A stretch of 64,000 nt of DNA from a virus (IMGVR_UViG_3300025713_000650:64001-128000); one strand, 5' to 3'. Positions 30,015 through 40,190 are shown, counted from the stretch's first letter. Notes: generated from the letters alone by a model not told the origin. Program-made: numbers and translations.

Positions 30015-30125
30015 AACTTATTTCTTCTTGGTGAACTGTCTCCCGCTTTGAGAAGCGGGAGCTTCCTAGTCAATATCTCTACTGAGACAAGTTTACCTAG
30101 GCTTACAAGGCCGTTCCGGCCTCTT
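30015..30125 (-). ncRNA. Orphan IS200/IS605 right end / TnpB omega-RNA-like scaffold with 16-nt guide-position segment
   Basis: Minus strand: GGCCGGAACGGCC hairpin...GAAGCTCCCGCTTCTCAAAGCGGGAGACAGTTCAC. Same architecture as the tnpB right end at 61306-61415; no tnpB ORF adjacent. Confidence 0.65.
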
Positions 30126-30148
30126 TTAATCTTTTTACAGAGCTAAAC

Positions 30149-31024
30149 TTAAAAAACAATATCATCTAAAGAAAATGATTCACCTGTCACTTCTTCCATT
30201 GTTTTTTCTTCTTCTTTTGGTTTATTATCTTCGAATTTAATTTGATCTGTTGCTTCTTGTTCTTTTCCTAAAGTTTGAGACCAATCAAATTTTTCATTAA
30301 ATTGTGGTAAAATTTCTTTTGCCTTTTTGACAATTTGTTTCACATAATCATCTGGTATTTGTATTCCCATTGCAAGATCAAAGACTGATTTATCACCATA
30401 TCTTGAAGGTTTCCAACCGATTGTAATCTTTGTTACAAATCTCTTATGATTAATAATACTCTTTTCTAACTTCATTGTTTCTTCTGTTGATGGTAAAATA
30501 AGAGGTTCGAGATCCAATCTAAATAATGATGTTAAATATTCGGAAATATTAGAATACTTAATTCCCTTTCCTCTAATAAATCCAAATACAGCTTTATTAT
30601 TTTCATCTATTAATGGTTTACCATTTGGAGAACAAATCATACCCGAAACTATAAGATTGCTTTTACAATCTTTACAAAATGGAGATGCTGCTCTTTCTGC
30701 TGAATTTCTACCACAAATATTACCACTTGTACCTTTCCAAACCTTACCTGTTTTATAACTAAAACACCCTACTCTATCTTGACCATTTTCTTTAACTGTT
30801 TTAACTAGAACTTCTTTAATGTGAGTAATAATCATATTAACTTCATCAAGATTATATTTAAATCCTCTTATTTGAAGTTTATTTGCTTCTTCGGAAACTC
30901 CAATATGATTTGTTCTTGTCTTGCCTGCAATGTAAATTGAATGGAAAAACTCATCTTCAGGCTTTTTTGTTTCTTTTACGGAGAACCCAGTATTACTTAA
31001 ATCAGAAAAATCTTCATACTTCAT
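30149..31024 (-). CDS. Putative single-stranded DNA-binding protein
   Basis: Cys cluster (C..C...CKDC) and acidic tail ending SLDDIVF, like the SSB DDIPF tail; replication context. Confidence 0.55.
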   Translation of the reverse strand: MKYEDFSDLSNTGFSVKETKKPEDEFFHSIYIAGKTRTNHIGVSEEANKLQIRGFKYNLDEVNMIITHIKEVLVKTVKENGQDRVGCFSYKTGKVWKGTSGNICGRNSAERAASPFCKDCKSNLIVSGMICSPNGKPLIDENNKAVFGFIRGKGIKYSNISEYLTSLFRLDLEPLILPSTEETMKLEKSIINHKRFVTKITIGWKPSRYGDKSVFDLAMGIQIPDDYVKQIVKKAKEILPQFNEKFDWSQTLGKEQEATDQIKFEDNKPKEEEKTMEEVTGESFSLDDIVF

Positions 31025-31697
31025 TAATTGTCTCCTTCTTTGTCTTTTTTACAATATTGGGAATTAGGTACCACTCGGCCTTATATTTTTTATTATTTTC
31101 TGAATTTATAACATTATAAGGATTAATTACAATAGAAAATTCTTCATTAAACCAACAACAAAATCTTTTATTTATAAATGTATTTGAATCTATTTCTGTT
31201 TTCTTTAAAATTCTTGGAAAAATAACGGATGAATCGGGATTATAAACGGTTATTGGTAATAATCTCTTTACTTTTTCCTCGGTTATCTCATCTTTTATTA
31301 ATTTCGTATGAGAACAATAAATTATAATAAGCTTATCATTTAATGTTTTGAAAATTTCATTTTTATAAAGATAACAATCCATATCTGAAATATATAATAC
31401 TGAATTTGCATTCATTACACGTTTTATAGATCTATGTTGTCTACAAACATTATTTGTCTTTTTACATACATCACAATCATAATTATCAATTTTAAATTTT
31501 AATTTATTTTCTTTTGTGAAACAATTTTTAATCCATTCTTTACAAATTAATAATTTAACTAATGTAATAGGATAGACATCGACATTTAACTCGGTAATTA
31601 AATTTTCCAATGAAATAGAATTATTAATAATAGTTCTAAAATTCGATTCTACTATTCTTACCATGTTTCCTCCATTTTGTCTTAATAATTTAGACAT
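31014..31697 (-). CDS. Hypothetical protein with Cys/His cluster (start more likely ATG at 31664)
   Basis: CDVC...VCRQH; GGAGG precedes the MVRIV start. Confidence 0.7.
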   Translation of the reverse strand: MSKLLRQNGGNMVRIVESNFRTIINNSISLENLITELNVDVYPITLVKLLICKEWIKNCFTKENKLKFKIDNYDCDVCKKTNNVCRQHRSIKRVMNANSVLYISDMDCYLYKNEIFKTLNDKLIIIYCSHTKLIKDEITEEKVKRLLPITVYNPDSSVIFPRILKKTEIDSNTFINKRFCCWFNEEFSIVINPYNVINSENNKKYKAEWYLIPNIVKKTKKETINEV

Positions 31698-31775
31698 TTA
31701 AAAAAATAAAAATTTTTCCTATAGACAAAACTTCTTAATTTTCACAAAAACACCTCCCTTGTATTTATTTTTCAT

Positions 31776-31792
31776 TAATTAATATATATAGA
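31776..31792 (-). promoter_or_regulatory. Conserved phage promoter-like motif TCTATATATATTAATTA (copy 3)
   Basis: Exact repeat; downstream TGAAAAATAAA...AAGGGAGGTG is shared with copy 1. Confidence 0.75.
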
Positions 31793-32050
31793 CTATTCCA
31801 TGTTAATTCTAATGGGTGTTGTCCTACTTGAAAAATCGATATCTATATTTGCTTTTATTGGCTTTTTTAAAGTAGATGAAATTAATTCTTTAATTTCTAT
31901 AGGTAAATAATTATCTTGATAATTTAGAAAAAAACCTTCCTTAAAATTAAAAACAATACCATCGTGGGTAGGTAAAGCTTCAATTAATAATTCTCTGGGA
32001 ATTCTAAATAAAACAATCTTACCTTTTCTAATTGTTAATTCATTACTCAT
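31793..32050 (-). CDS. Hypothetical protein
   Basis: 85-aa ORF overlapping the upstream stop. Confidence 0.65.
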   Translation of the reverse strand: MSNELTIRKGKIVLFRIPRELLIEALPTHDGIVFNFKEGFFLNYQDNYLPIEIKELISSTLKKPIKANIDIDFSSRTTPIRINME

Positions 32051-32643
32051 AATTTCTCTCCCTTCTTAATAATTTCTTCAATAATTAATGTTTTATTTTT
32101 TTGCATGTTTTTAAAACAAAAATCAATAATATTTTCTTTATTGTTTTCTTGAAGAAATTTTCTCTGAAAATAATTATTATATTTATATTTTTCAAAAATA
32201 AATATTTCAATTTTATTCCATATATTTAAAAAAAATTCTTTAACAAATTTAGTTTTAAAATCAATATTTAAATTAATTAAAAGATCAGTAAAAAATTCTA
32301 CATTATCATATTCTAACCATTCTAAAAATTGTAAAAGTTTATCAAAATCTGATTCAGATGTACAATCAATCAAATTAACAAAATTAAAATTATAAACTTC
32401 TTGAACTTTTTGAATTATCTTTCTACTTAATTCTAATTTATCTTCTAATTTATATTGTTTTATAAATATAAAACAATTTGAATAAACTTCCTTAAAGTTC
32501 TCTTTGCCTATACTATCCAATAAATTATTATTATCATATTCATTACTAGACATTTCAACTAAATTTTTATCATCATCTTCTTCAATTTCTAATGTTGGAG
32601 ATGATTGTTTTATTAATGTTTTAATATTTTCTTCACCTATCAT
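32047..32643 (-). CDS. Hypothetical protein
   Basis: 198-aa ORF translationally coupled (ATGA) to the beta-like gene. Confidence 0.7.
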   Translation of the reverse strand: MIGEENIKTLIKQSSPTLEIEEDDDKNLVEMSSNEYDNNNLLDSIGKENFKEVYSNCFIFIKQYKLEDKLELSRKIIQKVQEVYNFNFVNLIDCTSESDFDKLLQFLEWLEYDNVEFFTDLLINLNIDFKTKFVKEFFLNIWNKIEIFIFEKYKYNNYFQRKFLQENNKENIIDFCFKNMQKNKTLIIEEIIKKGEKL

Positions 32644-35600
32644 AATAATTTCCTTTCATCTAACATTAGAGCATTAAAATATGCATCTAATTGTTCCCTA
32701 GCTAAAGATTGTTTTGTATATTTAAATGATGTATTCCCTTGTTGTATAATTTCAGATATCATTTCATTTTGAGATGATCTATCATCAGATAAAGGACCCA
32801 TCATTTCAGATAATAAATGTACTGCATTATAAGATAATGTTGCTATAGTATCGGCCTCTCCAAACCTTTGACCACCTTCTAATTTTTTACCACCAGTGGG
32901 TTGTTCTAATCTTGTTAATTTACCCGTTGATCTTGCATGAATTTTTAATTCAGCAATATGTTCCAACTTACTAATATAAGAATATCCCACCGGAACTTTA
33001 TGGTGTGTTTTTATATTGTATTCTGGAAGATATAAATTATATCCAGATTGTAAATTTAAAACTTTCATTACAGATTTTATCTGATTTAAATTTGGTGATT
33101 GAAAAGGAATAAAAACAAGAGGGAAAAATCCTCTTTCAACAATAGATTTAATAAATATTTTATATTGATTATCACTTAGATTTGAAATATTATTAATAAA
33201 TCTTGTAGAAAATTCTTTATTTTTACTATTGTCAAATAATGTCAATACTTTTTTCAATAAAGAAATAACATTAGTTCTAGAATTATTTTTAGTAATTCTT
33301 AAAGCTAAATCCTTAGATATTAATCCTGAATATAATTCAAATAACTGACCAATGTTCATTCTTCCAATAATACCAACGGGATTAAGTACAATATCTAATT
33401 TTTCTCCCCATGGTGTTCTTGGCATATTTTCGTCTTTTTCAACTAAAGAAATAATACCTTTATTTCCATATCTACCTGTTAATTTATCACCTAAACCTAT
33501 TTTAAATTCCTGTTGAACTTTAAATTTAATCAAGATACCTTTAATTAATTTACCTTTTACATAAAATTTATCTTTTGGTAATAATCCATATCTTTCTCTT
33601 GTTCGATCAATCAAATATTTAATTTTTGGAAATTTATTATCTCCAATATTAGTATATATTTCAATATCTACAACAACACCACCGGGACTCTTCTTTATTA
33701 TATCTTGTCCTATTCTACTTATAGTTTCATCTTCTTCATAACCTAATAATTCTTCAATTGTACCTACTGTTTTTTTTATTAAAGGTTCTCCTTTTTTTGT
33801 ACTTGAACCAATGTCAATTATTTCTAAAATTCTATCTTTTTCCTCAACTAAAACTTCTTCAATAATAGCATGTAAAGATGTTAATTTATCTTCCTTTATT
33901 AATTTTTCGTTTATAACAATACCATCTTCAAAATTATATCCTTTATATGGCATATATCCAATAAGAAAAGATCTACCTAAACAAAGACTTCCATCCTTAA
34001 TACCACTACCTTCTGCTAATATTTGACCTTTTTGTACAACCTGATTAGTTTTTACAACCGGTATAAATACGCTTAATGTGTCTCTTCCAAATCCAGATTT
34101 TAAATGAATTGGTTTAATATCTATATTGTGTTTTTTTCCTTTTTCATCAGAAACTAAAATAAAATCTCGATTAATCTCTAAAATTCTACATTTAAATGGA
34201 GCTTTTTTAATAAAACTATTAGATAAATATTCAGAAACAATAGATTCATAACCAGATAAAACAATAGGTGGTTCTGGATTTTTTAGTGGTAAAGCCTGTT
34301 TCATCTGTGCACAAGACATCATTATCCTAGCACCATCATTATTTTCAACAAATGGAATCATAGAAGAAGATACTGATAAAATTCCAGATCCCTCAGTATC
34401 ACTTATTTTTTTATCTTTAAATAATCCTCTTGCACTTGTTATAAGAGCATTTACAGCTAATTGTTGATTTACACCTATATTTTCACCTTCGGGTGTATCA
34501 ATTGGATCAATATTACCATAATAAGAAGGGTGAACATTTCTCATTTCAACTTGAATTGATTCTTTACTTGGTACACCACCTAAATTTTTACCTACGGGTG
34601 TAATTTTAGTTATAGCTGCTAATTCCTCAATTGGATTTGCAAATTCTAATGTTGAGACAATTTCTGAATTAATAAATGCTGATAATGTTGCAGTTGGATT
34701 AATTTCAAATTTTGCTTTTTTATTTCCAGATAAAACTTGTTCTTTATATTTTGTATATTCTGCTAGTATTTGTTTTTGAATTAAATGAATTAAAACCTCA
34801 GAACCTCTTATTCTTTGATTTTTTAAATCATTCCTATCATCAACCTTTCCTTCAATAACCTTCAAAGACATATATTTCATTATTTTATCTAATTCATATG
34901 GTAAATTTTGATTGATTAAAACTTGCTTAACTACAGGATCAACAATATTTTCAAGATTTAATGAGATCATATATGTTGAATGTCGTATCCCTGTTATAAA
35001 GATTATAAGATCATTAAAATATTCATTTTCTCCAAAATTTTTATCTGATTCAAATTCTTCAAATTTAACAGTAAGAAGAGAATTAAATAATTGTTTTTTT
35101 AATTCAGAATTAATATTTGTAAAATATAAATACTTATCTTTATTTATTTGAATTACTTTATCTTGATCTTTTGGATTTTCCTCCGATATATTATATTTAA
35201 GATCAAATAATGTCATTGTTTTATCAAATCCAAAAGTAAACCACATTAATATGATTAAAGGTATTTTGTAATTACCCATAAAAATTCTAAGATATCTTTC
35301 GTTTTTATACTTTAAACTTTCTATATGAAATGCTGAATATGAACTGGTAAATCTTGAATCATATGGTTTTGGAAAACTTATTGGACATAATATTATTTGA
35401 TTAACAAGATATTTTGTTTCACCATTTAATTTAAATGTTCCGGTTTCGGGATTTATTTTAGGAACCTCAATAGAAACAGTATGGTTATTATTAAACATAT
35501 CTTTTAATTCAACTTTAACAACATTTAAATCCGATCTATTTATTTCTCCAGGTCTTTCTTTTTTATCTTCAATTACAATGTCTTGAATTTTAAGCTTAAT

Positions 35601-36770
35601 ATCTTTTTTCTCTAAAGTTTTAAACGAATTTGTTAAATCTTTTTTAAAGTTATAGCTAAAATCAACAATTCTTTTTTGATATAATTGAGATGGATTTTTA
35701 TCGCCTATTTGTTTTTCAATATCCATTGTTTCTATCACTTTATCTGATGATAGTGATTTCGTTTTTTCTTTTACTAATAACTCGTCAACATATTCTTTTT
35801 CAACTTTTTTCAAAACTTTGTTTGTTTTGTTATCTGGTATTGTTTTAGTAACATTTTTTGAAATTTTTAAATTATTTGTATTTTTATATATAACAGACTG
35901 TATTGCTGTCTTTTTAATAATTGGATCATTTTTATCAGCTTTAATTATTTTCTTTGCTAATGTTTTTTCTTTATTTAATAAATCATTTACGCTAGTCTTT
36001 ACCTTTTCTACATTTTTAGATAATAAATCTTTTTTTGTATTATCTATAACTTTTTTTGTAGCATGTTTAATAATTTCTTCATCTTCTCGATCATCAACAT
36101 CAACTCCATCTTCTTCATCTTCTTCATAACTACCTTTATATTTTAAGCTTTTTAAAATTGGAAATATTCTTTCAAAATTTACTTGCTTATTTTTTACTAA
36201 TAATCTATACTTCACACCTTTTTCAGTTATTAATGTTAATAAAAGATGGTCAAAATCAAAATCTTGCTTTTTAAGATCTCTTATAAATAAATAAAATTTT
36301 CTATTTACCCAATTCTTATTAAATGGTTTTGTTAAATCAATACAATACATCAAAACTTTTTCATAATCTGCAAATTGATAAAAAGCATTTTCAACATTTC
36401 TTTTTATCAAAACACCAGATCTTGTTCTATAATTACTTGGTTTATATAATTCATCAATAGTAGAAGTATAGATAGATGTATCATAAAGAAGACTTCTTTT
36501 GGCTGGTGGTTTTTGATTATGTTGAAATGGATATATTTTTAATGATCTGTATGCTGTTTTTAATTTTGTCGTTAGGAATGTAACCGGTATTTTTGTTCTT
36601 GGAATAATAACATTTCTAACATCAATTTTTAAAATATTTAATTTTTCATAACACTCTAAAAGTGTAGTATTTTCAGAGAAAAATACTAAAATATAAGGAT
36701 TTTTCTTAAATAACCATCTAATTGCATTTACTACATGAGTATATTGTCTTAAATTTTTAAATTGTATCAT
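32640..36770 (-). CDS. rpoB: Multisubunit RNA polymerase beta-like subunit (set 2) with long N-terminal extension
   Basis: VHPSYYGNIDPIDTPEGENIG, PFVENNDGARIMM...QMKQA, GYNFEDGI, GDKLTGRYGNKGII, GRMNIGQ, GGQRFGE. Confidence 0.95.
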   Translation of the reverse strand: MIQFKNLRQYTHVVNAIRWLFKKNPYILVFFSENTTLLECYEKLNILKIDVRNVIIPRTKIPVTFLTTKLKTAYRSLKIYPFQHNQKPPAKRSLLYDTSIYTSTIDELYKPSNYRTRSGVLIKRNVENAFYQFADYEKVLMYCIDLTKPFNKNWVNRKFYLFIRDLKKQDFDFDHLLLTLITEKGVKYRLLVKNKQVNFERIFPILKSLKYKGSYEEDEEDGVDVDDREDEEIIKHATKKVIDNTKKDLLSKNVEKVKTSVNDLLNKEKTLAKKIIKADKNDPIIKKTAIQSVIYKNTNNLKISKNVTKTIPDNKTNKVLKKVEKEYVDELLVKEKTKSLSSDKVIETMDIEKQIGDKNPSQLYQKRIVDFSYNFKKDLTNSFKTLEKKDIKLKIQDIVIEDKKERPGEINRSDLNVVKVELKDMFNNNHTVSIEVPKINPETGTFKLNGETKYLVNQIILCPISFPKPYDSRFTSSYSAFHIESLKYKNERYLRIFMGNYKIPLIILMWFTFGFDKTMTLFDLKYNISEENPKDQDKVIQINKDKYLYFTNINSELKKQLFNSLLTVKFEEFESDKNFGENEYFNDLIIFITGIRHSTYMISLNLENIVDPVVKQVLINQNLPYELDKIMKYMSLKVIEGKVDDRNDLKNQRIRGSEVLIHLIQKQILAEYTKYKEQVLSGNKKAKFEINPTATLSAFINSEIVSTLEFANPIEELAAITKITPVGKNLGGVPSKESIQVEMRNVHPSYYGNIDPIDTPEGENIGVNQQLAVNALITSARGLFKDKKISDTEGSGILSVSSSMIPFVENNDGARIMMSCAQMKQALPLKNPEPPIVLSGYESIVSEYLSNSFIKKAPFKCRILEINRDFILVSDEKGKKHNIDIKPIHLKSGFGRDTLSVFIPVVKTNQVVQKGQILAEGSGIKDGSLCLGRSFLIGYMPYKGYNFEDGIVINEKLIKEDKLTSLHAIIEEVLVEEKDRILEIIDIGSSTKKGEPLIKKTVGTIEELLGYEEDETISRIGQDIIKKSPGGVVVDIEIYTNIGDNKFPKIKYLIDRTRERYGLLPKDKFYVKGKLIKGILIKFKVQQEFKIGLGDKLTGRYGNKGIISLVEKDENMPRTPWGEKLDIVLNPVGIIGRMNIGQLFELYSGLISKDLALRITKNNSRTNVISLLKKVLTLFDNSKNKEFSTRFINNISNLSDNQYKIFIKSIVERGFFPLVFIPFQSPNLNQIKSVMKVLNLQSGYNLYLPEYNIKTHHKVPVGYSYISKLEHIAELKIHARSTGKLTRLEQPTGGKKLEGGQRFGEADTIATLSYNAVHLLSEMMGPLSDDRSSQNEMISEIIQQGNTSFKYTKQSLAREQLDAYFNALMLDERKLL

Positions 36771-39700
36771 TATCGTCTCTCTACTATTTTTCCAGTTAGT
36801 ATTTTTTCTATCATAGAAGGTGGTAATTCTTGATCTGAAGTCAACCCAACCTTTATTGCTTCACCTATATTTTCAAATGCTAAACCTTGTAAGAAACTTG
36901 TAGAAAAAACATTCTTCTTGATGTTTAATAATGTTGGATCAAATGGATTAGAACCTAATCTTGCTGGTATCATTACATTTTTTTTATCTCTCATACATTG
37001 AGATAATAAAACTTCAAGATGAACAAGATCGAAGTTACTTAAATTTTCATAAACTTTATATAATTTTAAAAATAAATGATTATTATCTTTAAAAATTTCT
37101 TTACCAGATAATATTCTTTTAAGATAAAGAATACTTTCTTTTATTTCTTGATATTCAATAGGAACATCTAAAATTAAATCACCTTTTTTATATTCAATTA
37201 TTATCTTTTTATCTGTTTTGGTTAATTCATTATAAAATATTTTTACAGAATAATCCAAAATCACATCAAATTCAATATTATCTGCAGTAACAATACATAA
37301 CAAACCTTTAAGATATATATTTCTTTCATTTTCATTAATAAATAAATTTGAATTTTCAGTATAATCTGATAAATCTAATTTTAATTTAAATTCTATATTA
37401 CAATACAATTTCTGATCTGTTTGTTTAAAATATTTATTTACAATATTAGACTTTAAATTAACATTATTATTAATTATTTCTTTTAAAATATCTCGTTTAA
37501 TTAGACTAATTGCTCCACCTTTATGAAAGGTTCTCATAATATTCTGAGTTCCACTTTCACCAACTACTTGAGCTGCATACATTCCAACAAATGGTGTACC
37601 ATGTCTTTCTAACAATCTTCCATAACACGTATGACATATTTTAGGACTTTCACAATAAATTGGAGATCTTAATTGAATTATATCTCCAGGTTTAAATTTA
37701 GACTTATTAAATTCAACAACTTCATCATTTATCTTTATATATCTACCAGTTAAACGAGAAATTATATCTTTTGTTAATTTAACTTCTAAACAATTTTTAG
37801 TTCCACAATCTTTTAAAAATAAATCTAATTCCACAGAATTTAATAAATAAATTAATTGTCTTGTAGTATAACCTGTTTCAGCTGTATTTAAAACTCTATC
37901 AATAATTCCTTTTCTTGCACCATAAGAAACATTAAAATATTCAGTTGGTTTTAGACCCTCAGAAAGTGAACTTTTAATTGTTGGTAAAATATTTCCTTGT
38001 GTATCTGCAATAATACCTTTGGCTATTAATATTTGTGTTGGTTGATCCCATCCTTTTGTTGAACCAGATTCTACTAAATCATATAACCCCGTATCTTTTA
38101 AATGATCAATCATCATTAATTTCATTTCATTTAAAAGTTTTGATGCTTCTTCGGTTGATGCATTTTGTAGTTTCTTTTTTAATCTATAAATTTTTTCAGG
38201 AATTTCTAAATCATCAAGAGTTATTGAGGGTGAAAAAAGCGTAGCAAATTTAAAAGCATATTTCTGCAGGTTAAAAGATGTCTTTAAAATAGTTTCTCTA
38301 TCATATTTATTAGTTAATTTTAAAAATAATTCATTAATTTCTTTTTTAGTTATTAATTTATCAACAAAAGTAAAGTTTGAAGGGAAACAACTATTAAAAA
38401 TTGCTTTTCCTAATGTTGTTCTTTTATTTTTATAGATTGTAGGTATTGTTGGATCACTATATTTATCTCTTTCACTAAGATTAAATGTTATTGGTGATTT
38501 TCTTGATGAATAATCTTTTGTTAAAATATATAAACCGGCACAGGCTTCTTTTGATAATGCAAATCCTAAAGAATATGAAGATGTTGATGAAACTAATTTT
38601 GTCATCTTTTTAGCGTCTTCTTGTGCTTCATTTGATAAAGGATGAAAAATAGCCATTTGGTCTCCATCAAAATCGGCATTAAAACCACCAACATCTAAAT
38701 TTGAAATTCTTACTGTATTTCCTTCTATAAGAATTGGAGTAAAAGCTCTTACTGATTCTGGGTGTAATACGGGATCTCTCTTTGCTAAAACTAAACGATC
38801 TTTCATAGATGTTTCTGTTATGTCATAAAAAATTTTATATAATTTAGGTGGTATATAATCACCATTCTTAATTGATGTCATTATTTTTTTAATTGTATCA
38901 ATTGATACTTCTTGTTTTGTAAAATTTTCAATTTCTTTTCTAATTATTTCTTTTCTTTCAATAGGTGAATATAAAATTAAATGTAAAATAAATGGCTCAA
39001 AAAGTGAAATAGCCATTTTAAAAGGTATTCCTATTTCATCACCTCTTAATTCTGGTCCGCAAGAAATAACAGCTCTACCTGAATAATCAACACGCTTACC
39101 TAAAATACTAGATCTTATTAAACCATATTTATGAGAAATTTTTTCTCTAGTAAATTCATCTAAATCATTTACAGATTTTTGAATATTAAAATTTAAAATA
39201 TCAAAAAATGGTGATTTTACATCTATTGGTTTAATTGATATACTTCTAGTAATTAGAGAAGTATAAAAATTATTCATTTTATCCTGAATCCATCTTCCTT
39301 CATTATCTTTATATATTGGTCTAAAATCAGGAGGAACAACTGGAATTTTATCTACAAATAAGGTTCCTTGTTTAAATGCACCTTTAATCATATCTGATAG
39401 TTTTTTTCTTTCTGGTGTGTGTTCTCTAAAATTAATATTAGGAAAAATCTTTATAAAATTATTAATTCCGTTTATACCCTTTTCATCCTCTTGTAAAATA
39501 CCATTTGTATCTAAATTAAAAGTTTTTTCAACAGATATAAAATCAATTATTTTTCTATCCAATTGCTTCAAAATCTTAAATGCAGTAGGATGAATAATTT
39601 TACAATTTAATTCTATATATGAATAAGTATTTGTTCTTAAAGAGCTACCTAAAGGACCAAATATAATCTCTGAGAAAATTCCGCCTTCATGAAATTCATC

Positions 39701-39781
39701 AGATTTTGTAACTGTTGTTGACGTTTTAACTGGCTTTAAATTCTTACAAAAATTATTTACATCCATTAATTTAATTAACAT
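36770..39781 (-). CDS. rpoC: Multisubunit RNA polymerase beta'-like subunit (set 2)
   Basis: GIFSEIIFGP, PPDFRP, GKRVDYSGRAVI, RDPVLH, NADFDGDQMA, ARKGIIDR..NTAETGY, TQNIMRTFHKGG. Confidence 0.95.
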   Translation of the reverse strand: MLIKLMDVNNFCKNLKPVKTSTTVTKSDEFHEGGIFSEIIFGPLGSSLRTNTYSYIELNCKIIHPTAFKILKQLDRKIIDFISVEKTFNLDTNGILQEDEKGINGINNFIKIFPNINFREHTPERKKLSDMIKGAFKQGTLFVDKIPVVPPDFRPIYKDNEGRWIQDKMNNFYTSLITRSISIKPIDVKSPFFDILNFNIQKSVNDLDEFTREKISHKYGLIRSSILGKRVDYSGRAVISCGPELRGDEIGIPFKMAISLFEPFILHLILYSPIERKEIIRKEIENFTKQEVSIDTIKKIMTSIKNGDYIPPKLYKIFYDITETSMKDRLVLAKRDPVLHPESVRAFTPILIEGNTVRISNLDVGGFNADFDGDQMAIFHPLSNEAQEDAKKMTKLVSSTSSYSLGFALSKEACAGLYILTKDYSSRKSPITFNLSERDKYSDPTIPTIYKNKRTTLGKAIFNSCFPSNFTFVDKLITKKEINELFLKLTNKYDRETILKTSFNLQKYAFKFATLFSPSITLDDLEIPEKIYRLKKKLQNASTEEASKLLNEMKLMMIDHLKDTGLYDLVESGSTKGWDQPTQILIAKGIIADTQGNILPTIKSSLSEGLKPTEYFNVSYGARKGIIDRVLNTAETGYTTRQLIYLLNSVELDLFLKDCGTKNCLEVKLTKDIISRLTGRYIKINDEVVEFNKSKFKPGDIIQLRSPIYCESPKICHTCYGRLLERHGTPFVGMYAAQVVGESGTQNIMRTFHKGGAISLIKRDILKEIINNNVNLKSNIVNKYFKQTDQKLYCNIEFKLKLDLSDYTENSNLFINENERNIYLKGLLCIVTADNIEFDVILDYSVKIFYNELTKTDKKIIIEYKKGDLILDVPIEYQEIKESILYLKRILSGKEIFKDNNHLFLKLYKVYENLSNFDLVHLEVLLSQCMRDKKNVMIPARLGSNPFDPTLLNIKKNVFSTSFLQGLAFENIGEAIKVGLTSDQELPPSMIEKILTGKIVERR

Positions 39782-39804
39782 TCAATAGCCTCTTTTAAGA
39801 AATT

Positions 39805-40152
39805 TTATGGAAGAGCTTTTTTTCCTAATACACTTGAGAGTTTAGAAATAGCATCATAAACACTTTGTTTATTAATATCATTTCTCCTTAATAACATTTT
39901 AGCAGCAGTTAATCCCATTCTAACAAATTTTCTATCTTGAAGTGCTGTTCTATTACAAATGGGAAAAAAAGGAACATTATTATCACCAATTCGTACCGTA
40001 ATAAAACATTCTGGATTCTTTTCAAAATGTTGAGTTCTAAAATCTTTATCTAATAACCACCTTAATCTATAATCAATATCATAATTTAATTCAATATCAA
40101 TATGTTCTAAAATTTTTTCTAATTTTTTAAATATATTTTTACTTTTTTTCAT
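39805..40152 (-). CDS. Hypothetical protein
   Basis: 115-aa ORF, GGAG RBS, first gene of the set-2 RNAP operon. Confidence 0.7.
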   Translation of the reverse strand: MKKSKNIFKKLEKILEHIDIELNYDIDYRLRWLLDKDFRTQHFEKNPECFITVRIGDNNVPFFPICNRTALQDRKFVRMGLTAAKMLLRRNDINKQSVYDAISKLSSVLGKKALP

Positions 40153-40183
40153 GAGATATCTCCATTATTTTACTTATTTTAAT

Positions 40184-40190
40184 TTTGTTC
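40184..40190 (-). promoter_or_regulatory. Candidate late promoter GAACAAA
   Basis: GAACAAAATTAAAATAAG, similar to GAACAAATACATAAATAAG at 4599-4617. Confidence 0.35.
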
